A DNA stretch of 64,000 nucleotides from contig OX597823.1 of assembly GCA_951406725.2 (NCBI GenBank), forward strand, positions 17,794,001 to 17,858,000, read 5' to 3'. This DNA is from Octopus vulgaris (Eukaryota). Shown here one piece after another: positions 42,843 to 56,097 of this stretch. A program made the position numbers and the translations under genes. Each line of letters starts with the position of its first letter. Positions within the stretch are counted from its first letter, which is position 1. The notes below the pieces were generated by a model. That model searched no databases. It saw only the letters and a list, made by a program, of their open reading frames with translations, and had not been told where the DNA came from.

Positions 42843-43378
42843 GTATTTAATGTGATTGTATAGTAATGATGGGAATGGTTGTGATGTGATGTTGGTGTTG
42901 ATGGTGATAGTAGTGGCAGTAGTAGTAATTACACGGACAGTATAGTGATATTATTGTTGCTGTTGGTGGTGGTGGTGGTGGTGGTGGCAGTGGTGGCGGT
43001 TGTTGATTAATGCAAGGTCATCCCTAATTAAACTGACCTCTGATCAAAGAAGCCCTACTCATACATTATCATTCTGATGTTTTGCATCTATAGGACTTCT
43101 TAAGCGGTTTTACGACAGAAGAGATTTGAACTGCTATTTCTAGCATCTAGCATGCCATGCAATCACTTAGGGATTTCCTTGCTGGCTTTGTACAGGGAGT
43201 GGTGGTGACGGTGATTCTGGTGATGGTGGTGGTGGTTAGTACTATTGCTGTTGGGAAAGCGTGGTGGAATGTGGAAAGGAAATACAAAGATATGAGGAGG
43301 AAAATGAACAGCAAAATAAGCTGAGAGAGAGAATAAGGAAAAGTGAGAAAAAATATGAAGAGAAAAAGAATCTATCTA

Positions 43379-43479
<101 letters not shown>

Positions 43480-43729
43480 TTTTATTATTATTTTTGCAAT
43501 TTACTTAATCTTTACATTTTATTGTTATTTTGATTTTAACTTTTCTATTATATGTAATTTTCTAGATGGTGTAATTTAATTATCCATTTTGAATTGATAA
43601 AAGGTGTTTTTTTCTAATTTTATATATATATATTATATTGTGTAAAATTTGATTTAGTTTTTCTAAATTGAATTTTTTCCTTGTAAGTTTGGATTTTACT
43701 CCCTCAAATAATAATTATATATATATATA

Positions 43730-43946
43730 TACTCTTTTACTCTTTTACTTGTTTCAGTTATTTGACAGTGGCCATGCTGGAACACCGCCTTTAGTCAAGC
43801 AAATCGACCCCAGGACTTATTCCTTGGAAGCCTAGTACTTATTCTATCGGTCTCTTTTGCTGAACCGGTAAGTTACGGGGACATAAACACACCACCATCG
43901 GTTGTCAAGCGATGTTGGGGGGACAAACACAGACACACAAACATAT

Positions 43947-43977
<31 letters not shown>

Positions 43978-44142
43978 CATATATACAACGGGCTCCTTTC
44001 AGTTTCCGTCTATCAAATCCACTCACAAGGCTTTGGTCGACCCGAGGCTATAGTAGAAGACACTTGCTCAAGATGCCACACAGTGGGAATGAACCCCGAA
44101 CCATGTGGTTGGTAAGCAAGCTACTTACCACACAGCCACTCC
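43730..44142 (-). mobile_element. SINE A
   Basis: Reverse complement of family A. Confidence 0.9.
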
Positions 44143-44166
44143 ATTATATATATGTGTGTGTGTATA

Positions 44167-44811
44167 CGATGGGATGTCAAAAATTATCTGCACTTTCACC
44201 ATATCCTATCTTTATTGCATACTTACAGTTGATACTATTGTGGTAACATGATCGAAGTTTGAGTCTGATCATGCCATTTTTCTTTCTGCCTTTTACAGTA
44301 TAAGCATGACTGCTCTGCTAGCAATGAGCACCAAAGAAGAACAAAGATCAGTGATCCAAGAGATAGTAATGGTGAACCAGTTCACCATTATCATCTCTTG
44401 GGCTTACTGAACTTTCTCATCAGTGGCGGAGTTTGACGGGTATCCTGTTCCCTCTTTGTGCATTATGCTTGTCTGGTCACTTTTAAACTTCTCAATCCAC
44501 TCATACACACTTCTACACGGTAGTGTATTGACCCCGTATTGTGCTAAAAACCTCTGATGAATTTCAGCACCTGACACACCTTTCGACCAGAGAAATTGGA
44601 TCACTGTTCTTTGTTCTTCTTTGGTACACATTGCTGGCGGAGTGGCCATGCCTACACTGTAAAGCCTGACAGAAAAATGGTGTGATCAAGCTCAAACTTC
44701 CATCATGTGACCACAATAATACTAGTTACAAGCACACATGCGCAGAAGGCAGTGTGACAATAAAAAAGATATGTTAGGCTGAAAGTGTGGATAATTTTTG
44801 ACTTCCCCTCG
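44167..44811. mobile_element. Palindromic mariner derivative (two inverted 5' ends)
   Basis: TA-flanked TIRs ...GTCAAAAATTATC; minus strand MATPPAMCTKEEQRTVIQFLWSKGVSGAEIHQR...(mariner HTH); plus strand MTALLAMSTKEEQRSVIQ. Confidence 0.85.
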
Positions 44812-44832
44812 TATGTACATATATATATATAT

Positions 44833-45152
44833 ATTTCCATGGACAGCGAGGCTCACCAATGGAGAAGTTCTTAAGCAGATCAGGCCGAAAATGTCACTAG
44901 AAGCTAGGATCACCAAGCATAGATTGGCATATTTCGGTCATGTTATGCGGAGAAAATCCCTGGAGAAGGACATCATGCTTGGAATGGTCAGTGGCAAGAG
45001 AGGAAGAGGCCAACCAAGAACTCATTGGCTTGATACCATCAAGAGTGATACCGGAATGGACATAGCCGATCTGAAAGGAGCGGCCCAGGATAGGACTGAC
45101 TGGAGGACACTGATCCAACAGGTGACCGAGAGTCGACTTCGACTGACCGGAT
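44833..45152 (+). mobile_element. RTE (BovB-like) LINE 3' fragment
   Basis: PWTARLTNGEVLKQI...LAYFGHVMRRKSLEKDIMLGMVSGKRGRGQPRTHWLDTIK...DRTDWR...SRLRL, stop-free. Confidence 0.9.
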
Positions 45153-45163
45153 ATATACAGATT

Positions 45164-45199
<36 letters not shown>

Positions 45200-45202
<3 letters not shown>

Positions 45203-45748
45203 TTACGTCGATATAGCACTTCTCAAATTTCTACATTTTCTTACATTTTCTTAATTTAATTAACTTATTATCAGAAACGACTCGTTTTTAATCAAAAATT
45301 TATTAAAACATATCCAGCACACACATAATTGTTATTAATCGTGAAATTTAGTCAATATCTTGTTGCTACTCCTTTGGCAGCAATGACAGTGCTACGCGGG
45401 TCGGCATGCTGTCTATGAGTGCATAGGTACTGTGCAGGGATGGCCCCTCATGCAGCAGATTCAAACAGCTCGTGTTGGTTCCTGTATTGCTGCACATTCA
45501 AATCCCTACCCAATCGACTCCAGAGGTTCTCAATAGGGTTCGGGTCAGGTGACTGGCCAGCACGTACTCCTCGCCACCAAAGAGGTATCCCGTACTATCT
45601 CAACATACTTTGCTGCGTTGATGTTGTCTTCGATGGCATAGAACCACCCAACACCACTGTAGCTGAACGCCCCTCACACCATCAGACCACCCCCACCATG
45701 CTTCATGGTGAGCAAATCAAGGGTGCTAATTAATTTCTGACGGTAGTG
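45200..45748 (-). pseudogene. Internally deleted Tc1 (DD34E) transposon
   Basis: TMKHGGGGLMV*GAFSYSGVG, QSPDPNPIENLW, IAAKGVATRY*; TA-flanked imperfect TIRs CACT(T)AC(C)GTC. Confidence 0.85.
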
Positions 45749-45791
45749 TATATATATAAATGTGAATCTGTATGTATATGCATATGGATAC

Positions 45792-45852
<61 letters not shown>

Positions 45853-46042
45853 TATACATACATATATATGCCTTTCATCCTTTTGGGGTCGATAAGTTAA
45901 GTACCAGTTACGCACTGGAGTCGATGCAATCGACTTAATCCATTTGTCTGTCCTTGCTTGTCCCCTCTGTGTTTAGCCCCTTGTGGGTAGTAAAGAAATA
46001 TATTTATACACACACATATATACATACATATACATACACATA

Positions 46043-46078
<36 letters not shown>

Positions 46079-46668
46079 CACACATGTGTAATGAGAAAGA
46101 GAGAGAAAGTTGCTGGGGTGTGATGACGAGGGGAGTGAGAGTGTCTATGAAAAGTTTAACTGGTTTGTCACCAACCGCAAATGACATATAACAAGTCAGT
46201 AAAGTTATTTTAAAATGGGGAACAAGGACGATTTTTTTGTCCCTGTGAGATAGGTTTAATATGGTTAAGTGCTAGTAAAGAACTAAGCTCAATAAAGCCA
46301 GCAACACCCCTCCCTTGAATTGTGAAATGTTTGGTATTTGCTGTGGCTCTATACATCCCAAGTTCAAATCTCACTGAGGCCAACATTGATCTCATCCTTC
46401 TGGGATTGAGGAAATTAAAGTATCAGTAAAGACTGTGATTGATTTAAATGTCTAATCACCATTAAATAAATTTATGTTAGAAGCAACTATTATAATTATT
46501 ATCATTATTATTATTTTTATTATTTAAAGAACCGTCAGTATATACTAGTATATACAGGCATTTCGCCTGTCGCTATGTTCTGAGTTCAAATTCTGCCAAG
46601 GTCAACTTTGCCTTTCATCCTTTTGGGGTCAATAAATTAAGTACCAGTGAAACACTGGGGTTGATGTA

Positions 46669-46925
46669 ATTGACTATCCCCCTCACCCAAATTTCGGCCC
46701 CTTTGCCTATAGTAGAAGGGATTATTATTACTATTATTTGTGTGGTGAGCTCACAGAATGATTGGCCTGCTGGATGAAATAGGGGTATTTCATCTATTGA
46801 CTATCCCCCTCACCCAAATTTCGGCCCCTTTGCCTATAGTAGAAGGGATTATTATTACTATTATTTGTGTGGTGAGCTCACAGAATAATTGGCCTGCTGG
46901 ATGAAATAGGGGTATTTCATCTATT
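46669..46925. repeat. Recent 127-bp tandem duplication inside a Meta-SINE cluster
   Basis: 46669-46795 vs 46796-46922 differ at about one base. Confidence 0.9.
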
Positions 46926-47139
46926 TTTTTCCTCTGAGTTCAAACTCAACAGAGGTTGACTTTGCCCTTTATATTTTGGGGGTTGATAAAATGATATCCT
47001 CTTCCCTTAAAATTTCAGGTTGACTTTGCCTTTCGTCCTTTTAGGGTCAATAAATTAAGAACCAGAGAAACACTGGGGTTGATGTAATCGACTCATCCCC
47101 TCACTCAAAATTGCTGCCCTTGTGCCTATAGTAGAAAGG

Positions 47140-47172
<33 letters not shown>

Positions 47173-47174
47173 GA

Positions 47175-47530
47175 TTTGACTCTGGTTCAGTCTTATTCCT
47201 GGCAGGATTTATATGGGTAGCAGGTTACTACCTGTACCCTTAGGTATCCACTAGCTTTCAACAGTCTTGCAAGTGCTTAGAACCCTCCTCTTGATAATCT
47301 TTTCTGTCCCCAAGGGGTAAAAACTTTCTGTAGAAACTCTACAGGACATTCTATTCCAATCTCCTTCCACTATTTGTCTCTATCTTTGCCTGCAATTCCC
47401 AATACACCAATTATTTTAGGCACAGCCTTTACAGTTTTCATACCCCAAATTCTTGCTATTTCAAATCTTAAGGAATAATATTTTTTTTTTATTTACCATC
47501 CTCTTTCTTTACAATCCTGGAATCAAATGG
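47175..47530 (-). mobile_element. RLE-type (R4/Dong-like) LINE 3' end, decayed
   Basis: KYYSLRFEIARIWGMKTVKAVPKIIGVLG...EIGIECPVEFLQK. Confidence 0.75.
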
Positions 47531-47731
47531 ACTACTACTACTACTACTATTAGAAAATTGTAGATTGCAGAATTATATGGTTAATGTTGAGTATTAAGGG
47601 GTTCACTTCACAACAACATATTTCCAGGTTTGATCACACTGTACAGTAGTTTGGACTAGTGTCTTTTCTCAGAGCCTTGGTTTGAACGAGTCTCTGATAT
47701 ATGAAGAATTTGACAGATGGAAAGTGTGTAT

Positions 47732-47782
<51 letters not shown>

Positions 47783-47807
47783 TACACACATGTATTTCTC
47801 TTTCTGT

Positions 47808-48300
47808 TTTACTTGTTTCAGTCATTTGACTGTGACCATGCTGGAGCACCACCTTTAGTCAAGCAAATCGACCCCAGGACTTATTCTTTGTAAGCCTAGT
47901 ACGTCTTCTATCAGTCTCCTTTGCTGAACCACTAAGTTACAGGGACGTAAACACACCAGAATTGGTAGTCAAGCAATGTTGGGGGACGGACAAACACAGA
48001 CACGCAAACATATACACACACACATACATATATATGTATACATATATACGACAGGCTTCTTTCAGTTTCCGTCTATCAAATCCACTCACAAGGCTTTGGT
48101 CAACCCGAGGCTATAGTAGAAGAGACTTGCCCAAGAGGCCACGCATTGGGACTGAACCCGGAACGATGTAGTTGGTAAGCAAGCTACTTACCACACAGCC
48201 ACTCCTGTGCCTATAACAGAAGACACTGGCCCAAGGTACCATGCAGTGGAACTGAACCTGGAACCATGTGGTTGGTAAGTAAGCTTCTTACCACACAGCC
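47808..48300 (-). mobile_element. SINE A with duplicated head
   Basis: Full copy 47808-48212 followed by a second head segment 48213-48300. Confidence 0.85.
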
Positions 48301-48619
48301 ACAATAATATATAATCCATATATACATACACATGTATGTAGTTATAGACAAACATACACATACACACATACATGCAAACACACACACACAAAATGCATAA
48401 ATGCATATGTGTGTGTGTGTATCTGTAGTTTCCATCAATATATATTGGTTCAGGATATGAACACTAGCAAGAAAACAGAAGAAGCCTTAATTGTCTGAAC
48501 CAAGTAAAGGAAAAAGGGTTGGTTGTTTGATTCAAGCTTTATACATTGGTGGTATTTAAAATAGATCTGGGGTCAAAATTTCATACAATAAAGAGCCTAG
48601 CCAATAACACCCTCCTTAG

Positions 48620-48684
<65 letters not shown>

Positions 48685-48816
48685 CATATATACACACACA
48701 TAGGTACAAGAAACTTATATATACACCATTCTGCTTAAATAATAGTACTGCAAATACGATATCCTTATGTATCTCGCATCTGTTTTCATTCCTCCACTTC
48801 ACTCTTACTTAAACAT

Positions 48817-48862
48817 TCTCTGATGAAGGGATATATAAAATATCTCAGAAACAGCTGTAAGA
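48817..48862 (+). ncRNA. Minimal type-I hammerhead ribozyme motif
   Basis: TCT-CTGATGA-A-GGGATAT/ATATCTC-A-GAAAC-AGCT-GTA-AGA; palindromic stem III ACAGCTGT; homolog at 62059-62110. Confidence 0.7.
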
Positions 48863-49141
48863 CCTCTTTATAAATGTTCTGTACGATACATACAAGAAGA
48901 TGATATTTTTTCGAATGCAGTATAGCCATTATAACAGCAAAAATATTGGGTAAATTACTCTTGCATGGTGGGGAAAGTTGTCAATATTTCTGCTTTTCTA
49001 ATGGCAATACTGCTTTCGAAAATATACCATCTTCTTGTATATATCTTACAATAGACATTTCGATGCTTCTACTAGAAACAAATGTTAGTTTGTTTATATT
49101 TACAAACACACACATACACACACAAACACATGCACATACAC

Positions 49142-49186
<45 letters not shown>

Positions 49187-49654
49187 TATACATATATAGA
49201 CATACACACACACACACACACACACATACACACACACACACATATATATATATATTTATTTATATTCATGTTTTGCTTAGATATTGCAATGCTAATAACC
49301 TGGTGTTAGAACACCAGGTTACATATACTTCAGAACAAAGGGTCTTTTGATTACAGAATGAGTATAACAAACTGGGAGAACAAAGGACTACATTAGCTTA
49401 CAACAGTTTCTGCTATAAGGTGCAATGCACTCATAGCTGAGTGCTTGAGCATCACTGTAAGTGCATTGCAGTTCAGAGCAGAAACAGCAGTAAGCTATTG
49501 AAGTTAGTTTATTTATTCCTTTGTCATCCCAATTTCTTATGTGTGTGTGTGTATGTATGTATGTATGTATGTATGTATGTATGTATGTATATATGTATGT
49601 ATGTATGTATGTACGTACGTATGTACATATGATCTGTTCTATTTTTTAATTATT

Positions 49655-50020
49655 ATAAATCTTCCACTGAGGAGGGAGCTGGTTTTACAACAAATATACA
49701 AAGCTTCATCTTTGGGATGTAGTTAACACAGACAAAGTCACATTTGGAACTTGAGAAAAGTCTTGCATATTTTTACAGTTCCACTCACAGATTGCACTTG
49801 TATTGTACGAATCAGCCGGTCAATTTCTCTTTCTGAAAATCCCAGTCTATCCAGATTCTCCTTTAAGCATTTACTAACAAAACCTAGTGCTCCAATTATT
49901 ATTGGTATAAATATGAATTCATAGTCTGGATATTGTATCTGGAGGTTTCAAAGCAGTTGTCCATAGATATCCTCTTTTTCTTTGATTTTCAAAGAGATAT
50001 TTATATCTGCAGGGCAGCTG
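49655..50020 (-). mobile_element. RLE-type (R4/NeSL-like) LINE 3' end
   Basis: SCPADINISLKIKEKEDIYGQLL*NLQIQYPDYEFIFIPIIIGALGFVSKCLKENLDRLGFSEREIDRLIRTIQVQSVSGTVKICKTFLKFQM*. Confidence 0.85.
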
Positions 50021-51139
50021 TCCTCTTTAACGGTACATACCTTTGCCCCTCTGTATGTATGTATGTATGTATGTATGTATGGATGGATGGATGGATGGAT
50101 GGATTATGTGTTAGAGTTTTGCATTTATGCAACATAATAGTTGCATGAAGGAATTACCATCATACAAATGGTTTCCATCATTTCCAATCTTATACTGAAA
50201 CATGTCAGGCCATGAGAAAATATTATATTTCTTAGAAATAATTGAGGGTTGGTGACAGGAAGGACATCCAACCCAGAGAAATATCCCTCAATAAAATCTG
50301 TTCAATCCATGCAAATAAGGGAAAGTAGACTTAAAACAATGATGATGATGATGATGATGGTGGTGGTACTTATGACTGGGCCTGAAAATGTAATTTTGAA
50401 AGATAAGGAAATTACATGAATGCACTTTTAATCTGCTTTGGTATTTGGGTGCTAGAATTAGTTGAAACAATGGCATTTGTATAAAGCAGGTCCTGTTATA
50501 ATCTTGGACTACAGGAAAACCTGAATTCCATTGGAAGAATTCCCATTCTTTGCAATGATGAGTAGAAACCACACGTGATATCTATTTACAGCTAGGTGAC
50601 CTGGGCCAGTGAGGTCATTCCTTTGACACAGCATAATATTAGTGATGAGAATAGAACCTTTCAGATTTTGATGTATGAGTCAACACTTATCATCTACAAT
50701 TCTATAAGTAATTGCAATTAATGATGAAATTGCCTTTGGGTGAGATACAAACTTCCAATAATGATTAACAAATGGATTAAGGCAAATGCATAATGAGCGG
50801 TAATTATTTTATCAAACCTTCAGATGAATGATCAGTAAAGCTGCCTTTGGTGGAACTTGAACTCACAATAGAAAGATATGAAACTGAGATTAAATCAAAG
50901 TAACTAATATATTACTGGTACATATGTTTGCCCTTCAATGAAAAGAGCAAACATGACTAAAGTGGGTTTGAACCCAGAACAGCAAAAATTAGGACTGTAG
51001 ATTACTATAGTATTTAGTATATTATTGGTTTAAAATTTTTAATGAATTTACTGGGATTTGAACTCAAAACTAAGTGTCTCTGAATGTTTAGCATAGCTCG
51101 GTCCTTTATTACCACTCTGCTTTGTTTTAATATATCAAT

Positions 51140-51530
51140 TACTGGCTGTGTGGTGAGAAGCTTGCTTCCCAACCACATGGTTCCGTTTTCAGTCCTACCA
51201 CGTGGCACCTTGGGCAAGTGTCTTCTGCTGTAGCCTCGGGCCGACCAAAGCCTTGTGAGTGGATTTGGTTGACGGAAACTAAAAGAAGCCCATCGTATAT
51301 ATGTATATATATGTATGTGTTTGTTGTTTGTGTCTGTGTTTGTCCCCCCCACCATCACTTGACAACCGATGCCGGTGTGTCTACGTCCCTGTCACTTAGC
51401 GGTTCGGCAAAAAGAGACTGATACAATAATTACTAGGCTTACAACGAATAAGTCCTGGGGCGATTTTATTTAACTAAAGGCAGTGCTCCAGCGTGATCAC
51501 AGTAAAATGACTGAAACAAGTAAAAGAGTA
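51140..51530 (+). mobile_element. SINE A
   Basis: Family A sequence; a degenerate inverted copy follows at ~51915-52350. Confidence 0.85.
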
Positions 51531-51651
51531 CTGCTTTAGGCATAATTCAATAGAATATCTTTATGCAGTTATTCCACCAAATCTCTCTTATATCACATTC
51601 TATCATCTTAACAAAAAAAAAAAAAGGAAGGTCACATTAGATGATGTAATA

Positions 51652-51808
51652 CAGTGGTTCCCAAATCTGTGGTCTGCGCACACATGGTGGTCCGCAAAGG
51701 TAGTATGTGAACATGTTAAGCTGACAGACCTTTCAATATCCTGGGGTCCATGGGAAAACTCATTTATATAAAAGGGGTCCCTGGTAGTGAAGAGGTTAGG
51801 AATCAATG
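51652..51808. mobile_element. hAT (Charlie/MER5-like) MITE
   Basis: CAGTGGTTCCCAA / TTAGGAATCAATG ends; 8-bp TSD (A/G)TGTAATA. Confidence 0.7.
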
Positions 51809-52976
51809 GTGTAATACTTGGACATCCTTTGCTGGAATAAAATATGAAATGTTCACAGCTGGATTAAGGTCAACCTTGTGTCAAACATCATCACCAGTGT
51901 ATTTATCTTTTAGCTTTTACTTGCTCCAGTCACGGGACTGCAGCCACGCTGGCCATGCTGGAGCACCTCCTTAAAGGGTTTAGTCTAACAAATCAATCCC
52001 AGCACTAATTTTCTAAGTTTGGTACTTATTCTATTAGACTTTTTTCCTTAACTGGTAAGTTACAAGGAGGTAAACGAACCAACACTGGTTGCCAAGTGAT
52101 GAGGGTGGGAAAAACACAAACATGCACACACTCACACACACACACACACATGCACACACGCACACATACTAACACATACACAAATATATATAAAACAGGC
52201 TTCCACTCAGCTTCTGTCCAGCAATTCACTCACAAAGCATTGGTCAGCCTGGGACTATTAAAAGACATTTACTCAAGGTACCGCACAGTGGGATTGACCC
52301 CCCCCAAAGCCACATGGTTGCAAAGTATGCTTCTTAACCACAAAGCCACGAGGAAATGAGATGCAGTGATGCTTATGCATTTCCCAAAAGCTATTCCTAA
52401 ATTATTTATTTAGGTGGAAAGTAACAACTTCCTAAGTCAATCAAGTCAATCAAAGCTGTCTGATTTTAAGGCCTGCTATATATTTTTAAAAAATGTTTTT
52501 ATTAATCTGGCACATGGCCCAAATATACAAGGGGAGGGAAATGAAAAGTGATCCCTTTCCAAACATTAATAATTAACAATGAAAAATGATGATTGATTTT
52601 AATTAGGCATCAATTAATGAGTTGGGGTGGGGTTAAAAAGACATTTCGCAAAAGTTGGTATTGACGCTTGTTTGATGTTAATGCTTGTCTAAAATTTCAT
52701 TAGAATCAAGACATTACCGAAACAGGATTTGAAACCCTTTAACTAGGAATTGAAACCATCAACAATTCAAAGACCTTTTTTTTTTTTTTAAACAAAGACT
52801 TTGGGAATTTTAGTAAGGATTATTTCCTTTGCATTTGCGATTAATTCTTGAGAACACATGATTTGCTGAAGTCTTTAGAGTGGGTGTTGCTAAATGAAGA
52901 GAAACAAAGAAAGAAAGTGAGAAGAGAGGAGAGAGAAGAGACAGACAGGAAGAAGGAAAAAGTGTGTGTGTGTTAG

Positions 52977-53025
<49 letters not shown>

Positions 53026-54189
53026 TGGGGGCAAAGAAGAGGGAGGAGGTTGCAATGTGTAACTTTTAGGGCTGGCTGGGATAGCAAGTGGGAAACAATG
53101 GTGCTGAGAGTGGTGTTGGTGGGAAAGCTGGTGCTGGTGGAGGTGTGAGGGTGTTTTCAAAAACCGCTGGTTCATCAGAATTTCATGTATTCCAAGCATT
53201 TTGGTGAGGGGTTTACTTTACAGTGGTGATGTGGTGGGCAGAGTAGGATGTGAGTGTGGAGGGTGTGCGTGTGTGTTTGTACGTGTGTGTGTGCGTGTGT
53301 GTGTGTGTGTGTGCAGAGGATATATATGTGTGTGTGAGTGTGTTTATGGAGGTGTGTGTGTTTGTGTGTGAATGTGCAGCAGGCATGTACGCGTATGTGA
53401 ATGCCTGTGTGTGTGTGTGTGTGTGTATGTGTGTGTATGTGTGTAAGTGTGTGTATGCATGTATGTGTGTGTATACTCGTGTGTGTATGCACATGTGTGT
53501 ATGTGTGTGTGTGAGTGTGTGGTTGCCTTATCACAAACTTTATTAAAAATCATATACTTCCTTAAATTTTAATAAAACTTTATATGTGTATTTGTGTATA
53601 CACACACATATACATATACATATATGTGTGTTTGTGTCTGTACATGTGTATGATCAGTATTTTATACCAACTTTTTCATGTTGGAATGGTTTGGACAGTT
53701 TTTATAAGACAATGTTTTATGCCCAAATGCCCTTTCTGCGGCCATCTTATTTAGCTGATTCATATGACATGCTGGTTATAGAAGTAGAATATGTATAATA
53801 TGCATATATATTATATATGTATGTATGTATATAAATGCATACATACATATATGCATACATATAGATTCATGTATATATGGGCTTTCTGTGCATATTTGAT
53901 AAATATTAATAACCAACTATTTTCCATAATGTACCTGTAATAATACAGATACACACACATATACCTGTAAATATATGATATAAAAGTGCATTTATATAGA
54001 CATACGTATCTCTGTCTTTCTTCATGCATCCTCTGTGTGTGTGTTAGCGTTTATATATATACATAAGATTTAAACTGGTCGTGTGCATACATGCATATAT
54101 ATATGTATGTATACATTCGTATATGTAAGTATATCGTATGTTATATATATATATATATATGTATTTGTATTTATGTGCTTTCTGAGTAT

Positions 54190-54248
54190 ATTCCACTGAT
54201 GAAGGCAGAGCATTTCTTATGCAGAGCCAGAAATCCAGGATCTGGAAT
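54190..54248 (+). ncRNA. Minimal type-I hammerhead ribozyme motif, intact core
   Basis: ATTCCA-CTGATGA-A-GGC..GCAT..ATGC..GCC-A-GAAA-TCCAGG-ATC-TGGAAT: 6-bp stem I, stem III ATCC/GGAT, AUC cleavage triplet after 54242. Confidence 0.7.
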
Positions 54249-54752
54249 TATCCAGTAATTTTTTTGCTAGTTTATTTTGTTTCTTTGTCTTCTCCCCTGG
54301 TGCTGTATGAACATGTAAATGTGGTTTTAGAATAAAGTTTTGACTGCTATTTCCAGCGTGGTGGTATCTCTTAGATACCCTAAATTATAATTTTAAATAA
54401 TTATTACCTTTGAAGGTTTTTATTCCCATGCTGGCCACCTAAGATCGATATTTAAACAATGATCTTATCCTTATTCATATAAATATATATATATATATAT
54501 ATATTGCTATGGTGTAGCAGGGGTACACAGTGTCTGGAAGCGAACACAATTTTGAATGACCATCGCCTTAACCGTCAGGTTAAGGTGCAGGAACATTTGT
54601 GTCCATTCACTCTTGCATTTGGAGATGGTGGCAGTTTCTTTTATTCTCCTCTTGTCTGTCTGTATGTACTTACATGTGTGTGTGTGTGTGTATTGATCTC
54701 CCCTATTTCACATGCCTTCAGTGATATATATATATATACATATATGTATGTA

Positions 54753-54792
<40 letters not shown>

Positions 54793-54799
54793 TATATAC

Positions 54800-55050
54800 T
54801 GTTGAAGGCATATGAAGTGTGGGGAATCAGTTGGAAAAGCAATGCTTATCATCGCTACACACAAGTAAGGGGAAGAACAAGGAATTTTTTAAAATCACAT
54901 TTTTCATGCAGAAATTAAATGATCTGCCCAAAAGTACAAAGCCAATGTAGCAAATGGGGAAAGCTTGTCTGCAATATCTGCAGACATGTATGTTTATCAA
55001 GGGCTGGACTCGTCAGCCACCAGCTGAGCCACAAGTGTAAAGTATAAATT
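54800..55050 (+). mobile_element. Decayed RTE-type LINE C-terminus with C2H2 finger
   Basis: VCNICRHVCLSRAGLVSHQLSH, typical of some RTE ORF2 ends. Confidence 0.6.
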
Positions 55051-55569
55051 TGTCTGAGTGCACGATGTTCTTATTGGTCAGTGATGGTCTTCCTTAGTCA
55101 TGGGACATAATGACCAAGAATGCACATCTTTGTCCAGTTTGCTATTCTTTCTGCTATCTACCACGTTCGGAAAAATAATAACTGCAACTTAGCCACTTGA
55201 TAAATGGACATTGATAAAACAAGTATCAGTGAGAAATAAGTATTGGGATTGATATCATCATCATCATCATCCAGTGTTTAAAATCTGGGTTTTGTCCCCG
55301 TTAATGGAGGTGGCCTGATCTACCTCAATGCCATAGCAACCAAGTTAGGCAGGTGCAGCCCACCCCAACCTTTAGGCTGACTGGTACCCATTCACCTTTG
55401 CTATCTTTGAAGGTAGTGCCCATTTCCTTGCCCACTAAAACTAGCAACAGAATAAAAAGATAAACCAAGGCACAAGGCCTTGGTTTATGCTTTTGCTGCA
55501 GATTTTTATCGATTCAGTTGATTTAGTTCCCCATAGCACAGGTTTAAAATTTATAATTAATTTTTAATT

Positions 55570-55786
55570 TTGGCTGAAGGTCAGCAGTTTCAAGGAGGAG
55601 AAGCAAGTTGATTACATCACCCCCATTACCTAAATGGTACCCATTTTATCAATCTTGTGAATACAAAATGCAAAGTCTACCTTGGCAGAATTAGAACTCG
55701 GAATGTAATTGGTTGGAAGAAATGCAACTCAGCATTCTTCTCGACGAAGTAATGATTTTGCCAGCTCATCAACTTATTATAATAAT

Positions 55787-55842
<56 letters not shown>

Positions 55843-56066
55843 CGATAATAATGATAATAGTAATAATCCTTTCTACTATAGACACAAGGGGGTCAGTCAA
55901 TTAGATTGACCCCAGTATGCAACTGGTACTTAATTTATCGACCCCAAAAGGATGAAAGGCAAAGCTGACCTCTGCAGAATTTGAACTCAGAATGTAGCAA
56001 TGGGCGAAATACCGCTAAGCATTTCGTCCAACATGCTAACAATTCTGCCAGTTTGCCACCTTTGTA

Positions 56067-56097
<31 letters not shown>

